From assembly GCA_008636045.1 (NCBI GenBank), contig SNRW01000040.1, positions 1-36,640 of the forward strand: a DNA stretch of 36,640 nt. Direction: 5' to 3'. This DNA is from Streblomastix strix (taxonomy: Eukaryota). The stretch's first letter is position 1. Every line of letters begins with the position of its first letter. A program made the translations under genes and the position numbers. Positions 1 to 11,662 of the stretch are shown piece by piece. The notes beneath the pieces were generated by a model. The model was not told the DNA's origin, searched no databases, and saw nothing but the letters and a program-made list of their open reading frames with translations.

Positions 1-270
1 GCTTCTAGTGGTGCTCTAGTATATTTTGCTCCACTAGATGTTAGTTCATTTACTGGATAATCGGTGAATTATTGCTTGGAAATTCAAAATGATCCAGCAT
101 GAATCGTTAATGTTTTTAATACTTCACCTAATTACATATAACCAGCAACGTAATCAGAGTGTTACATTTTTTGCAAACGGGCTAAATAATTACTAGATTT
201 GAATAACATTTCAATAAAACAAAAAATACTCTACGCTGATGACGATAATGATAATAAATTTTATAATAAA
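1..270 (+). pseudogene. C-terminal part of a virus ORF, possibly the major capsid protein
   Basis: Frame 1 with TAR=Q reads ASSGALVYFAPLDVSSFTGQSVNYCLEIQNDPA*IVNVFNTSPNYIQPATQSECYIFCKRAKQLLDLNN. It looks beta-rich and has one internal TGA near 100. Identity is inferred only from position and from no MCP being seen elsewhere in the window. Confidence 0.3.
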
Positions 271-275
271 TCAAA

Positions 276-485
276 ATGGGATTCTTCTCTAGAATAGCGA
301 AATTTGGATCGAAAATTTTAGATGGTGTTAAGAAAGCAGCGTAATGGGTAGCATCAGCATTACATAAAGTTCTATCAACAAAATCTGGCCCTGTTTGAAT
401 GATTCATCCTGCAATTGGTGGCGCATTAGGTGCAGGAGCTAATCTTGCTGGTGCTGTTGATCGATTAGTCAATAAACGTGGATGA
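276..485 (+). CDS. Small Met-Gly-start amphipathic-helix protein (putative membrane-lytic virion protein); internal TGA at 396-398
   Basis: MGFFSRIAKFGSKILDGVKKAAQWVASALHKVLSTKSGPV*MIHPAIGGALGAGANLAGAVDRLVNKRG* (69 codons): basic/hydrophobic amphipathic N-terminus and Gly/Ala-rich C-terminus. Confidence 0.6.
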
Positions 486-511
486 AACTCGATCAATTTA
501 TTTTTGTAAAA

Positions 512-2722
512 ATGGACAATTCATTATCGTAACAATAAATCCGAACAGTTAGATTGCTAATCACTAACGACATTGTTTACTATATTCAATATTAGAAACG
601 ATCTAATTCAAGTGATGGAATGATATCAAATGAAGAATATCAATTATTCATTGATAATAACAATGTATTAGTCAACTGCGCTAACAATTAAATTATCGAT
701 GGAATGGCATTAGATTACGCATTAAAAATAGAATCTAATGAGCAATTAACGATAAAGAATTTGAAGGTGATTAATTTTGATTTAGTTGCATAGATTAGTT
801 AGTTGATTAATTAAGTGAATTTATTATAAATATCTATTGGGACAACTGAATAAGATATCACTGATATAAAAAATGATATTGATACCATTAATCAAGAACT
901 ATTAAGATAAACACATTTCCGAGGATATTATTTATTGAATACAGATATATAAAATTTGCCTAATTCCGCTAATGGAGATATTACTTTTAGCGCAGAAAGT
1001 GGAACTGTTTAGATGTTTGATGCAAATTGGTATAATAGTGGAGATATAGTTCCAGATTAAATTACACCAGCTAGCGATGCAACATTGTTATCTGATAGTA
1101 GCGCAACTGCAGGAATTAGTACAGATTATTCACGTAGAGATCATGTATATCCACTAAATGTAACAATTACTATTCCAATTAATGATTCCGCTAGTGGATC
1201 AGTTGGTACAAGCAATTATTATGCTAGATCAGATCATTCATATCCAATAAATATAACTACTATTATACCTTATCAAGATAATGCTAGTGGATCAGTAGGT
1301 TCAACTAACTATTATGCTAGAAACGATCATTCATATCCAATTAATGTAGAAACTAATACTTCAAATATTCCAATCGTTGATGATGTTGGTGCTAATGGAT
1401 CATCAGTTTTTTACGCTAGACAAGATCACGTTCATCCATAGCAATTAACTTATGATGGAAATGTAACTGCAACTAAGTTCATTAAAACAGGTAAAACATC
1501 AACTAATATATTGCTGGCTGATGGAACAACTAAAAAATCAGTTTTAGCAAGCAAATTATTTCAAGTAATTGAGTCACCCTAATATATAAAATTATGTACG
1601 ATTTATGCATTAAATTCTTCTTCCGATAATTCTATTAAGTTTGAAGTAAATACTAGAACAGGATTTGGATAGCTATAATTTAATTAACATTGGTCTAATT
1701 GTGCAGAAATATCTAATTATTAGTATTTGTTTACCTCATCATTAGCCACAGGTATGAGAAATGCATGGATTTTATATTTTGGAAGCGGTGTAGATAAATA
1801 TGGTGAATTATGGTGTCGTATTGATGATTATTCTTATAATACATTTATATATGAAACAGAAGTAATTGCTTTTAAGGGTAATATTACTGATATATTAACA
1901 ACTGATGATTAATCAGCATTATCTACAGATTATTCTAGTATAAATTAACTATTTCCGAATATATATAGTAATATGTAAATAAATCCTACAGCAAGTAATT
2001 ATGATGAAGGTTTGCGAATTGCAAGAACAGTAGAAAGTACAAGTGGTTCATCGATTTTCTTAGGCTGCAATAGAACATCTACCATTGGAAATAAAGCAGG
2101 ATAATAGTAAATTTTTACTCCACCAAGTAGTTACGTTAATAATCCATTAAGTTTTGAAATAACAGCATCATTTGATTCTGGTGATACAACTAGAGGATTA
2201 TATATTAGTGCTGATGGAAACACATTAACTTTCAATGGTAATTAATTCGTTGATTTAACGACTGATTAAACATTAGCAGGTATAAAAACATTCCATAAAT
2301 TAGTACAAGTAATTCCATCAGCTAATGGTACATTTAACGAAGGGATAAGAATAAGTAGACATCCGACAAACTAATGGAGTAATATATAATTTGGTAGCGA
2401 TCCAAATACAAATAGTGGTAAGATTGATAACTAATGGCTTGTCGGATCGACTGGAACTAATGGTGCAAATCCTCTTGGTTTTGTCATTGAATAGGCGGGA
2501 GAAGAAGGTTAGACTGATAGAGGATTACAAATCAGTGATGATGGAAATACATTATCATTCAATGGCTAGGTTATTGCTGGTGGCTCGGTTAATTATTCAT
2601 AAGGTAATACAATCTTATGGGGTTCAAAACGCACTGGAACTGATGGTGGATTCTATACTAATGGAACAACAGTATTCTGGAAAGATCATGCATTATAATT
2701 TGATCCATACTACTAAGGATGA
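512..2722 (+). CDS. 736-aa tail-fibre-like / receptor-binding virion protein
   Basis: Single frame from ATG 512 to TGA 2720-2722 with TAR=Q, joining track ORFs 1085 and 1727. Contains a coiled-coil segment (LINQVNLLQISIGTTEQDITDIKNDIDTINQEL), four Y(A/S)RxDHx(Y/H)P repeats, ATKFIKTGxTxTNILLADG, VDLTTDQTLAGIKTF and two EGxRIxR...RGLxISxDGNTLxFNG modules. Confidence 0.8.
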
Positions 2723-2742
2723 CGATGTTTATTTTTGCAAAA

Positions 2743-3201
2743 ATGGAAAAACAATAAACTTAACCAATCAAACAATTTTTCAATGAATTAGTCAAATCTC
2801 ACTTTAATGATAACGATACAATTAAAGCTACGATTGAAGCACTATAAAATTTATTAAAGAATGATGTAAAAAAATCAATCCATCAATTACTCTAAGAATT
2901 AATGAGAAACAATAAAATGTTCACTAATCAATAGCAATAATTGTAAAATATAAAGAAAATGGTAGGCGATGAAGATTATAAAAATAAATTATTTAATGAA
3001 TAGGATAAATACTTCAAAAATAAATATCTATTAATCAAAAAAACATTAGATCAAAACAATCAACCATAACAAATAAAGAAGAACATTATCTCTGAAGCTA
3101 GTGAAGAAGAAAAATTGGTTTACAATTAATTTGTGAATGATGAATAATACAGTAATTTTGTCAATTATTATCAGCTTAATTTAAAATTATAAGATTATTG
3201 A
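2743..3201 (+). CDS. 152-aa hypothetical helical virus protein
   Basis: Open from ATG 2743 to TGA 3199-3201 with TAR=Q (MEKQQTQPIKQFFNELVKSHFNDNDTIKATIEALQNLL...); preceded by the same upstream motif as the fibre gene. Confidence 0.6.
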
Positions 3202-3805
3202 TACATTACATGTATTTGATTATTTCTTCAATTTTTTCTTGAAAAGATTCGACAAAAACTATAATGTTATTTTAATTGATCATATGTTTATTTTTCTTCA
3301 ATTGATAGATTATTAATCTCGATTAATGCTTCAAATATTTTGAAAATTTAATACTCAGATGCATTATACTATTATCCAATGTTTCTTGCAATTCCATACA
3401 ATTATTACATTTTAATTATATCAATCAATTTATTTCTATGGTCAATCTAACATTTTAAGATAAAGGATATATCTCCAATGTGTTGCTAATTCTAAATCTT
3501 TATTGGCTATTGCTTCATTCAAAATTGTTTAGATCTATTCTACAGATAGCTACGACCAATGTATTCTAGGCTAATTCTTGTCCATTTTTCTTTTGTAATA
3601 GAATTATATGAAATAAATCGTTATATTTAATGAGACCTTTACTATATCAAAATAACTCCATAATGTTTTTACTACATTTATGGTTTCCATCAATTTATTA
3701 GGTATGGATACTGATTTGATTGATATTATAAAATTAACGCCATAGAACATGTAATTCAATATACATATGATTAAACTAAGTACATTCATTTTATTATTTT
3801 TGAAA

Positions 3806-4824
3806 ATGACATTATAAGAATTATAATATGTAACATTTACTAATCAAGATCTATTGAACGAATATAAAACTAAACCATTAACGAAGAATTCATTGTTCCT
3901 GATTAATGGAAATCATTATATTGTTGGAGCTGTTGGAAGTGGTAAAACAACATTAATATTTAAGCTAATTGTGATATGTAAGTAAATCATTGATCCATTC
4001 ATATTATACTTCTCGAATTACGGTGCAGATGAAACTATGGCATTAAACCTTAATAGTAAGAACTTATAACTAACTAATGTAACTTATGGAGAAGCAATGA
4101 TATTTCTACCTGAATTTGATGAGATAAAATACTCTATTAAAGAGATGTATACATGGTATAAGATGAATGAATAAAATTAATCATACACTAGCGATTTCAC
4201 TAAGCGAATGGAAGAATAAATATTATAAAATAATGAGATAAAAAAGAATGAAAAACCTAGTGATTATCTTAATAGAATTGCTGAATTATAAAATTAAAAG
4301 TAATTGAAACCGTAAACACATATATCTAACCAACCAAGGTATTGAGATTTGATATCCCAGCATTAATTCAAAACGTTAGTTATTAAAAGAGATACAAAAT
4401 TACTGATGACGCATAAAATACAGACACTAAAATAATGAAAATACCAATACTTGAAAAAGCTTAATTACTCCATACTGTAATACTATTCGATGGTATTGGA
4501 TCTAATGCTGATATTTAACGATTTAGTTCTAAATTATCAAAAACAATAACACATCTGGTGAGTGATTCATGTCATTCAAAAAATTCTATTTTCTTCATAG
4601 CTTAACGTCCAACTTATTTGTTTAAGATAGCAAGGGTATTAACGCATGTGATTTGCTTAGGCATGAATTTAGGTGAATCTGATCTAAGATAAGTGTATGA
4701 AGAAAATACCATTAAGAATTTAGATTTTGATGAGATCCAATTACTGTACAATACATTAAAGAAATATGAGTTCATCATTCTGAACAAATGGCTAGGAAAA
4801 TTTGAAATACTCAAAAATAAATGA
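3806..4824 (+). pseudogene. A32/FtsK-HerA-type DNA packaging ATPase, frameshifted near 4290-4340
   Basis: Walker A IVGAVGSGKTT at ~3920-3952. Second frame has Walker B-like VILFDG, an SCH in place of the xRH motif and FFIAQ. Ends at TGA 4822-4824. Confidence 0.85.
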
Positions 4825-4829
4825 TATCA

Positions 4830-7800
4830 TCAATTATCTTAAAATGAATAATCCTTAGCAGATTATGAAAACATATAAGAACAACAAATCTAATTAGAAA
4901 GTACGATCATCTTATCGTGGATACCAGTGATTCCATTCTTTTCTATAGCTAATTGACTCCTCTAATGATTTTTCTATCTCAATCTCATGTTTCTGCATTT
5001 CGTTATTTGTCCTTCATTAATACATTCGACTATCAAATCATTATTGATCTTATTAGTTTTCTAATTAACTTCTTTTAATTTTTGTTTTTGAATTTCCATT
5101 GTAATTAGTTTCAATCATGTAATTTTTGGGAGCTAATGCTATCATTAATTTTCCTTATTTCTCGATCAATAATCCTAATATCTTCTTCTCATCATCAACA
5201 TCTCCTCTAATGCTTGGAAAAGTAATAATTAGCATTATAGTTATAAAATTCTCGATCATTAATCACAGCATTAAATTACTAAGTAAAATCTTCATTTACA
5301 TTACCACTAATTGCCCAATTAGCTGAATCAGTATCTCCTTCGATTAAATGTATTCTATTCATATCTAAGCATTTATACATGAAATCATACATAAAAATTA
5401 GATACCAATATTTAGCGTTATCCAACATAAATAAAAGCTACTTATAAAGGTATTTTACAGCTACAGTGTTCAGGATTCGTTTATACAAGATAACTATCTT
5501 CTGATATCATTTGCTCATCCATGAACGCGTTAGATATAATTGCTCTTTCTGTCCACTTCTTATTCATTATTTTTACTTTATGATATTTCTCTGTATTCAT
5601 TCCATCACTACCATATGAACTATTCATAACTATCTTAAAAAATTATTCCTATCCCTTATTCTCATTTAATTTTGCTTCAATCCTGTTTTTTGTAAAATCC
5701 TTGATAAATGAATTGAATTAATCATGCTTATTGAATAGCACTATCTATTTCACATCATCTATAATAAAATGGCAATCATCAATTAAGAACCATAGATAAT
5801 ATGTGCTAAATGTCACGAATTATCCCATCGTTGATGTAAGATTAGTTAGTTTCCTTTATTTTTGATCTGTCTTAACATTATTGTTTTTCAAATGATTATA
5901 CATATAACTACCGATAGTTCTCTCATCTGCTGTGAATTCATAGTTTCTTAGAATAGGTGGAAAATTAATGTAATCGTTAATGTAATTATCATCAATGTGG
6001 CCTTTAACTTCTGTTATGAATAATTAGCCATCAGGTTTAAATCTTTTTTTACTATTAATTATTCGTTATATTGTTTATTTTGAATGATTATCGATTCCCA
6101 TAATCTTACCTGTTTATGATCCACACATATACATCTTACCATTTGTGTAATTAATGAATTAATGTGGTTCTGATGATGTAACATTAGTATATAATGAATT
6201 GAAATCAATACCAACTACATGAGTAATTCTATGATAAGTTGTTAGAACAGTTACCTTTTTATTATCCTTATCATACCGTAATCGTTTTATAAAATCAATT
6301 CCTGATCTATTAACTCGATGCATTACATTCGATAATCCATCTGTTATCCGCTTTCTGATTAAATGATATACATCAATATCTGCTAAATTAGTTGGTAAAC
6401 TTCTTATCATGCAATATTTACATAATTATATGAACAATTATCCAATATATTTATCTTTATCCGAACAATAGCAATTGCAGTATAAACAACAAGGCTAAAC
6501 ATTATCTATTGAACGGCTCTTTGAATTATCGATTCTATCTAATGTTGGCTTATTATTCCAAGTGATTTTACATCCACAAATGTTGCAATTAGATTCATTG
6601 AATAATCCTTTGAAATATTCATAATCACTATCTTTTACATTATTTTTTATATTTCTTTTTTTATGTTTATCTTATCGAATATATCCCTGCACTTTGCCTT
6701 TCCAATATTGCTCATTTAAATTAAATTTCTATGAATTATCCTCAAAATTAGTATATATATCATTAATATCAAAATCTACATACGTTTTGGCATATTTGAT
6801 AGCATTAGAGCATGCAGCCATACTCATGAAACTAAAAATATCAATCTTATATTTAAATTAAAGGCTAATCAATGTCATTAGTGGTTTTACCATTATATAT
6901 GTATCTTATTCGTTATAGAATTATAGATAATTCCATCTATTTTTGAATCGTTTTGCATCATCTAGATAGATCTAATAATCCTTCTAACTAATTTTAGTTT
7001 TCTTTAATGATGAATTGAAATCTTCCACTGAAAATGGCTCTGATTTGCTAAGTATTTCATTAATGTTATTAATGTTGAAACATTCATAGGGAAATAATCC
7101 TATTTTATCGTCGTATCCATCGCCAAAATCTTTTGCTGCTTACTTTAATTCCATTGGTTAAAAATACGTTAGCATATCAACAAATTTCACCTTCAAATTC
7201 AATTTCTTATGATGTACAATTACCAACTTAGCTGCTGATGGGCTACCAGTATAATTAGTGATTGTCCAATCTTTGCATTACATATATGATATTATTAATG
7301 ATATATCAAATCTTGAAATATTGAATCCAACAATTGGCACTTCAACTGAATATGGAATTTTATGATCTTTTATCCTTGCAGCTGTTAAATATTAATTATC
7401 AACATTAACTTATTCAGCTTTTTTAAACAATTAATTTAACCATTAAATTATGAAATTTTATCCATCCTATTAGCTAAAGAAGATTTTCTTAATAACTTAT
7501 TTGTTACGGATAGTTGATGCAACTGATAGAGGAAACAGTTCATACATATAATAGCTTGATTCACCGAATTTCTTATTAACGATTTAAGGAATAGTTTCAA
7601 GATCATATGTGATGAAATATTGTGTTGGTTTATATTCATTTTCTCTTCCATTAGCCAATAGATATTGTTAAGTTTTATTATATATGATAAGTGGAGAATA
7701 AGGTTTTTAGATATAATCCAGTTTATCTATCAAAATTATTTTTCCACCATTATTCTCACATTTATTAAAGTGTTTTTCATAATCTCTAGAGTAATTTTTA

Positions 7801-9423
7801 TCTTTAGGATCAAACGCTTTTGAATTACAGTGTAGACAAAATTACAATCCCGTTAATGCTTACTTATTAGCTATAGCAAATGAATGAGATATCTTATTTC
7901 CCTCATAAATCGATTAAACAACTAATATATCAATTATCTTTATATTAACTTCACTCTGATCTTCGATTTCTTCACATTAATACATTATCTACAATCCTTT
8001 ATAATAATTTTTATGTTCATTTTCGTAATAGTAAATGTCTTGGTTAATTTTTAGCTTTTATGATATAATTTATGCATATTTAGTTATATCTAATCCGTCA
8101 AATATCTTCAATAAATCAGTCATTTTTCTACTCTTTGAATCGAATGGTAGCTCTATTACTTAAACTAAATAATATCTACTAATGCTAATAATTGATTCAT
8201 TTTTATAATGTTTCTCTTTAGAATCAGGATGTAATGCTTTTGCTACTGCTTCCATATAGCAGTTATTATTATTTCCAATAATTTTATATATTTCATTTTT
8301 GTGACCCCCGCAATGACAATCGATTAATTCTTTCATACTAGCTCCAACAATTTACGGTTAAAGATTATATGTTTTGATTAACATGGAAAATATAGCTATA
8401 TATCGTTATCTTGTACCATCTAATGTGAAATTCTACATATTAATTATCTCAGCTTTAATATATTGCTAATACTCTTCAATATCGTCTTAATTTTAAATAA
8501 TTTTAGGAAAATGTTCTTATTTACGTGTATCTCTACGTAATATATATCCATAATCAAATTAAACTTAATCATTCTAGTGATGCCTATATTCCTCGTAAAT
8601 GACGCAAAAATTGAACTGTATCTTGAACGCTTAATGGTGATATGCTTCATAAATTTCATTAACGAACATATCAATATAGGCTAATGATTAGATAACATTG
8701 TTATAATGTAATTGACTTAATTACCCATCTTCTTATCTTTAATTAATGGTTCGTTCTCGACTGAAGCCAGTTCTTGCGCTATCAACTGTTTCAATGAATA
8801 TTTCCATATTCTCTGGTCTAAAATACAATATAACGCCTGCATAATAATCTATTTAATTAACGTTTTTTCCATCATATTGATTAATTTTATCTTTAAAATC
8901 TTTATTTTATTGTGCAATTATTTGTTATTATAGATTTGCATCTTATTCTTCTTTCCATAATTCTTCTAGCATATTCCTACTCTTCTATAATATAATTAGT
9001 CCAGAAATCATTAACTTATTGTTACTTTTATTATTGACGATATTCTTATAAATCCTATTCATATTAATTCGAATGATAGTGTGTTAAATCTTAATGTAAT
9101 TATCTATTTTTTTCATCTATCTCATCATAGTCGTTATCAGCTTATTGTTACTATTATTCTCTACGATACTCTTATAAATCTTAATCATATTGATTCTATT
9201 TGAAATGCAATCTCTGATTGATAATCTATGAATTATATTAATGTATTTATTTTAGATGGGCTTTCAATTCACTATAATTACTTCATCCTAATTTCTTATA
9301 ATCAATTTTGTTTAAATAATCATTGAGTTATTGTTTAAGTTAATCTATTTTTAATGATTCATTAACGTTTTTGTTGTTGATTTTGAGCAATTTAACGATC
9401 TCCGCTTTCTTTAGGTAAACCAT
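4830..9423 (-). pseudogene. Protein-primed family B DNA polymerase (pPolB) with N-terminal TP/OTU-like region, several frameshifts and one TGA
   Basis: ExoI YDLET (~7600), ExoII FNISRFD (~7315), ExoIII YNEQD (~6910), motif A GIDFNSLY (~6200), motif B KIVMNSSYG (~5625), motif C EGDTDS (~5330), PKNY (~5125). Start MVYLKKAEIVK at 9423. Confidence 0.92.
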
Positions 9424-9469
9424 TTGTTAAAATAAAAAACAAATATAGAACAAAAATAATTTAGAAGTC

Positions 9470-10999
9470 TCATTAAAATTATATCTCTAACAATAAATTA
9501 TTATGCATATCCATATATTACATAGGTACTTTTCTGCCAAAATTATCATATAATGTAAACACTAACGATTTGTTCTATCCTACAAGGCATTACTGACTCA
9601 TCATATTCTATCCACATAATACTGGTGCATCAATCAAATTTTGTTTAAAGCATATATTAGAGAATCCATTTCCACCAACTGATTACATAGTTATTCCTTA
9701 TAATTAAATAGAAACGCAAATTATCAGCATCTGGGAATATTCTAGAAAATTCCTTATATAAGGACAGAATATTGGTAAATCAACTTCATAACTTTCACTA
9801 ACATGTTTAGTTTAATAGAACCATACTTCTTGATCGATTTACTTAATAGTTGATGCTAAATTAATAAATTAATTAGCACTATTCTCACTCAATCCATCGT
9901 ATAGATCTTATCCATCAACTAATTGAACATATAGATTTGATGACAATATTATACGATTAGCAAACCAATAATTATTATTCTATTAACAATATTCCGTCAC
10001 AACTTATGGGATAAATTAGCCATAGTAATTAGTTCTTCCAACTGCTGTATAAATATCTTACCATTCACCTATAGAAAATACGTGTAATGAATTGATAATT
10101 CTAACTGGAAATGTGTTAATATTATTAATGATTTATTGCATTGTTTATTGTTATATATTAATTGGTTAAGCATCAGATGTAGTAAATGTTCCATTAGCGT
10201 TTATATCATCTTACTTTCCAAATAGATATCTTATTGATAGACCATTCCCTTATGTCAAAGTTTTAGGCTCAATTGATGTAATATAATTATTAGATGTTGG
10301 ACAATATAATCGTATTAATCCAATCATTCGATATAACTCATCAAAAGAGGAATCTAAGATCTAATAGTGATAAAGAAATGCATCGATCCTAAGATTAATG
10401 TAATTTATTGCTGAATTCATTATATTTTATCCATAATTCTAGTTTAATGAGAACAAATTATTCCAAAGTTTTTATACATGCTCATTCGTTGAATTATTGA
10501 AGCAAATTGCTCCGCTATTCAAAGTTGATTAAGCTCTAAAATATTTCTTTATAGTATCTATTTAATTATCATATTAGGTCAGTGTTATAAATAGCAATTA
10601 TGGAGTATATTTATAGCCCTGAATTGTTTGATCACTATTATAAGCATTATTTATAGCAGTGTTCAAATTAATCTGAATTGGTGAAAATCTATCTAGTAAT
10701 TGACAATGAAACTGATCCTCTCCAATCTATTGCTAGAAATAGATTTTACATTATTCTGTTGATACAATATTGTGCTATATTTCTATATAATCGTTGTCCA
10801 AATAATATGTTAAATTAATCGGAATGTTATTGTTACTATTAACTTGAAAGCTTTAACATCCGCTAGGGATCGTTGTCTTCCATGTAGCATAATCCTTATC
10901 TGAATCTGAATTGATGATTTGTAAGCCAATATTAGTTATTTCATTAGCAACAAAGTTCGCAAAGCAAAACCCGACTATGTCGAGATGCTGATTAAGCAG
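9470..10999 (-). CDS. ~509-aa probable minor capsid (penton, single jelly-roll) protein; start appears as CTG
   Basis: Long open frame with TAR=Q. C-terminus SLVFTLYDNFGRKVPMQYMDMHNNLLLEIQFQ* resembles the hxLxDxxGxxh...hxhxF end of Polinton pentons. A TTTATTTTT motif precedes the CTG. Confidence 0.55.
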
Positions 11000-11018
11000 T
11001 AACTAAAAATAAATTAGA

Positions 11019-11216
11019 TCAACATCTTTGATTTAAATACTCTATCAATTTCATTGTTGCAGATTTGCTATTTTCCTAAGCTATTTCAATAATTTCTTTA
11101 AGTTAATCCATCTTGAGGCGTTTATTGTATAATCTTAGTACAAATCTCAATTCTATCTAAGGACTATTCTTTGTAGCTACTGATACAAGCTAATTCAGAA
11201 ACATTGCATATACCAT
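11019..11216 (-). CDS. Small hypothetical virus protein (65 aa)
   Basis: MVYAMFLNQLVSVATKNSPQIELRFVLRLYNKRLKMDQLKEIIEIAQENSKSATMKLIEYLNQRC* with TAR=Q. Confidence 0.4.
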
Positions 11217-11662
11217 AAATTCTTCTGCAGTTATTTTTGCGATTATTATAATTTCGAAAAATAGTATCAATTCATCAAGGCAATTATCAGTAAAATACTT
11301 GAAGCGATTATCAGTACATCTATAATTGCATTGTATGTCATTTGCTAATAACTAAAATTATAATTAACATTAATAAAATGTTTGAAAAAGAGTAATAGTA
11401 AGAATAGGAGTAAAGGATTGTCAAATATCGTAAAAAAGATTAAAAAGGTAGAAAAAGTACATTACGTAAAGTTGAGAATATTATTTTGTTCATGTCATTA
11501 AGATTGCCTTTTAAATTTAGATGTAGTGTTGTCAGACATGAAAAATTATCAAAAGTACCCATTCTCTTAAAATAATTAGGAAAATATTAATTTGCTTAAA
11601 GTAGACTTGGAAAAATATAAAAATAATAATTAATTTAATAAATTTTATAAAGAGATTAAAAT

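Noticed and set aside
2391..2786. Track ORF of 131 aa and similar short ORFs (4614-, 5126+, 7448-, 8444-, 12144-, 12319-, 28704-, 28868+, 28947-, 29328-, 29345-, 34505+)
   Set aside because: Shadow or off-frame ORFs overlapping longer motif-bearing genes once TAR is read as Gln
3230..3789. One or two small minus-strand ORFs (MDKNQPRIHWSQL..., MELQETLDN...)
   Set aside because: Short, no recognisable motif and inconsistent frames; cannot be supported beyond open reading
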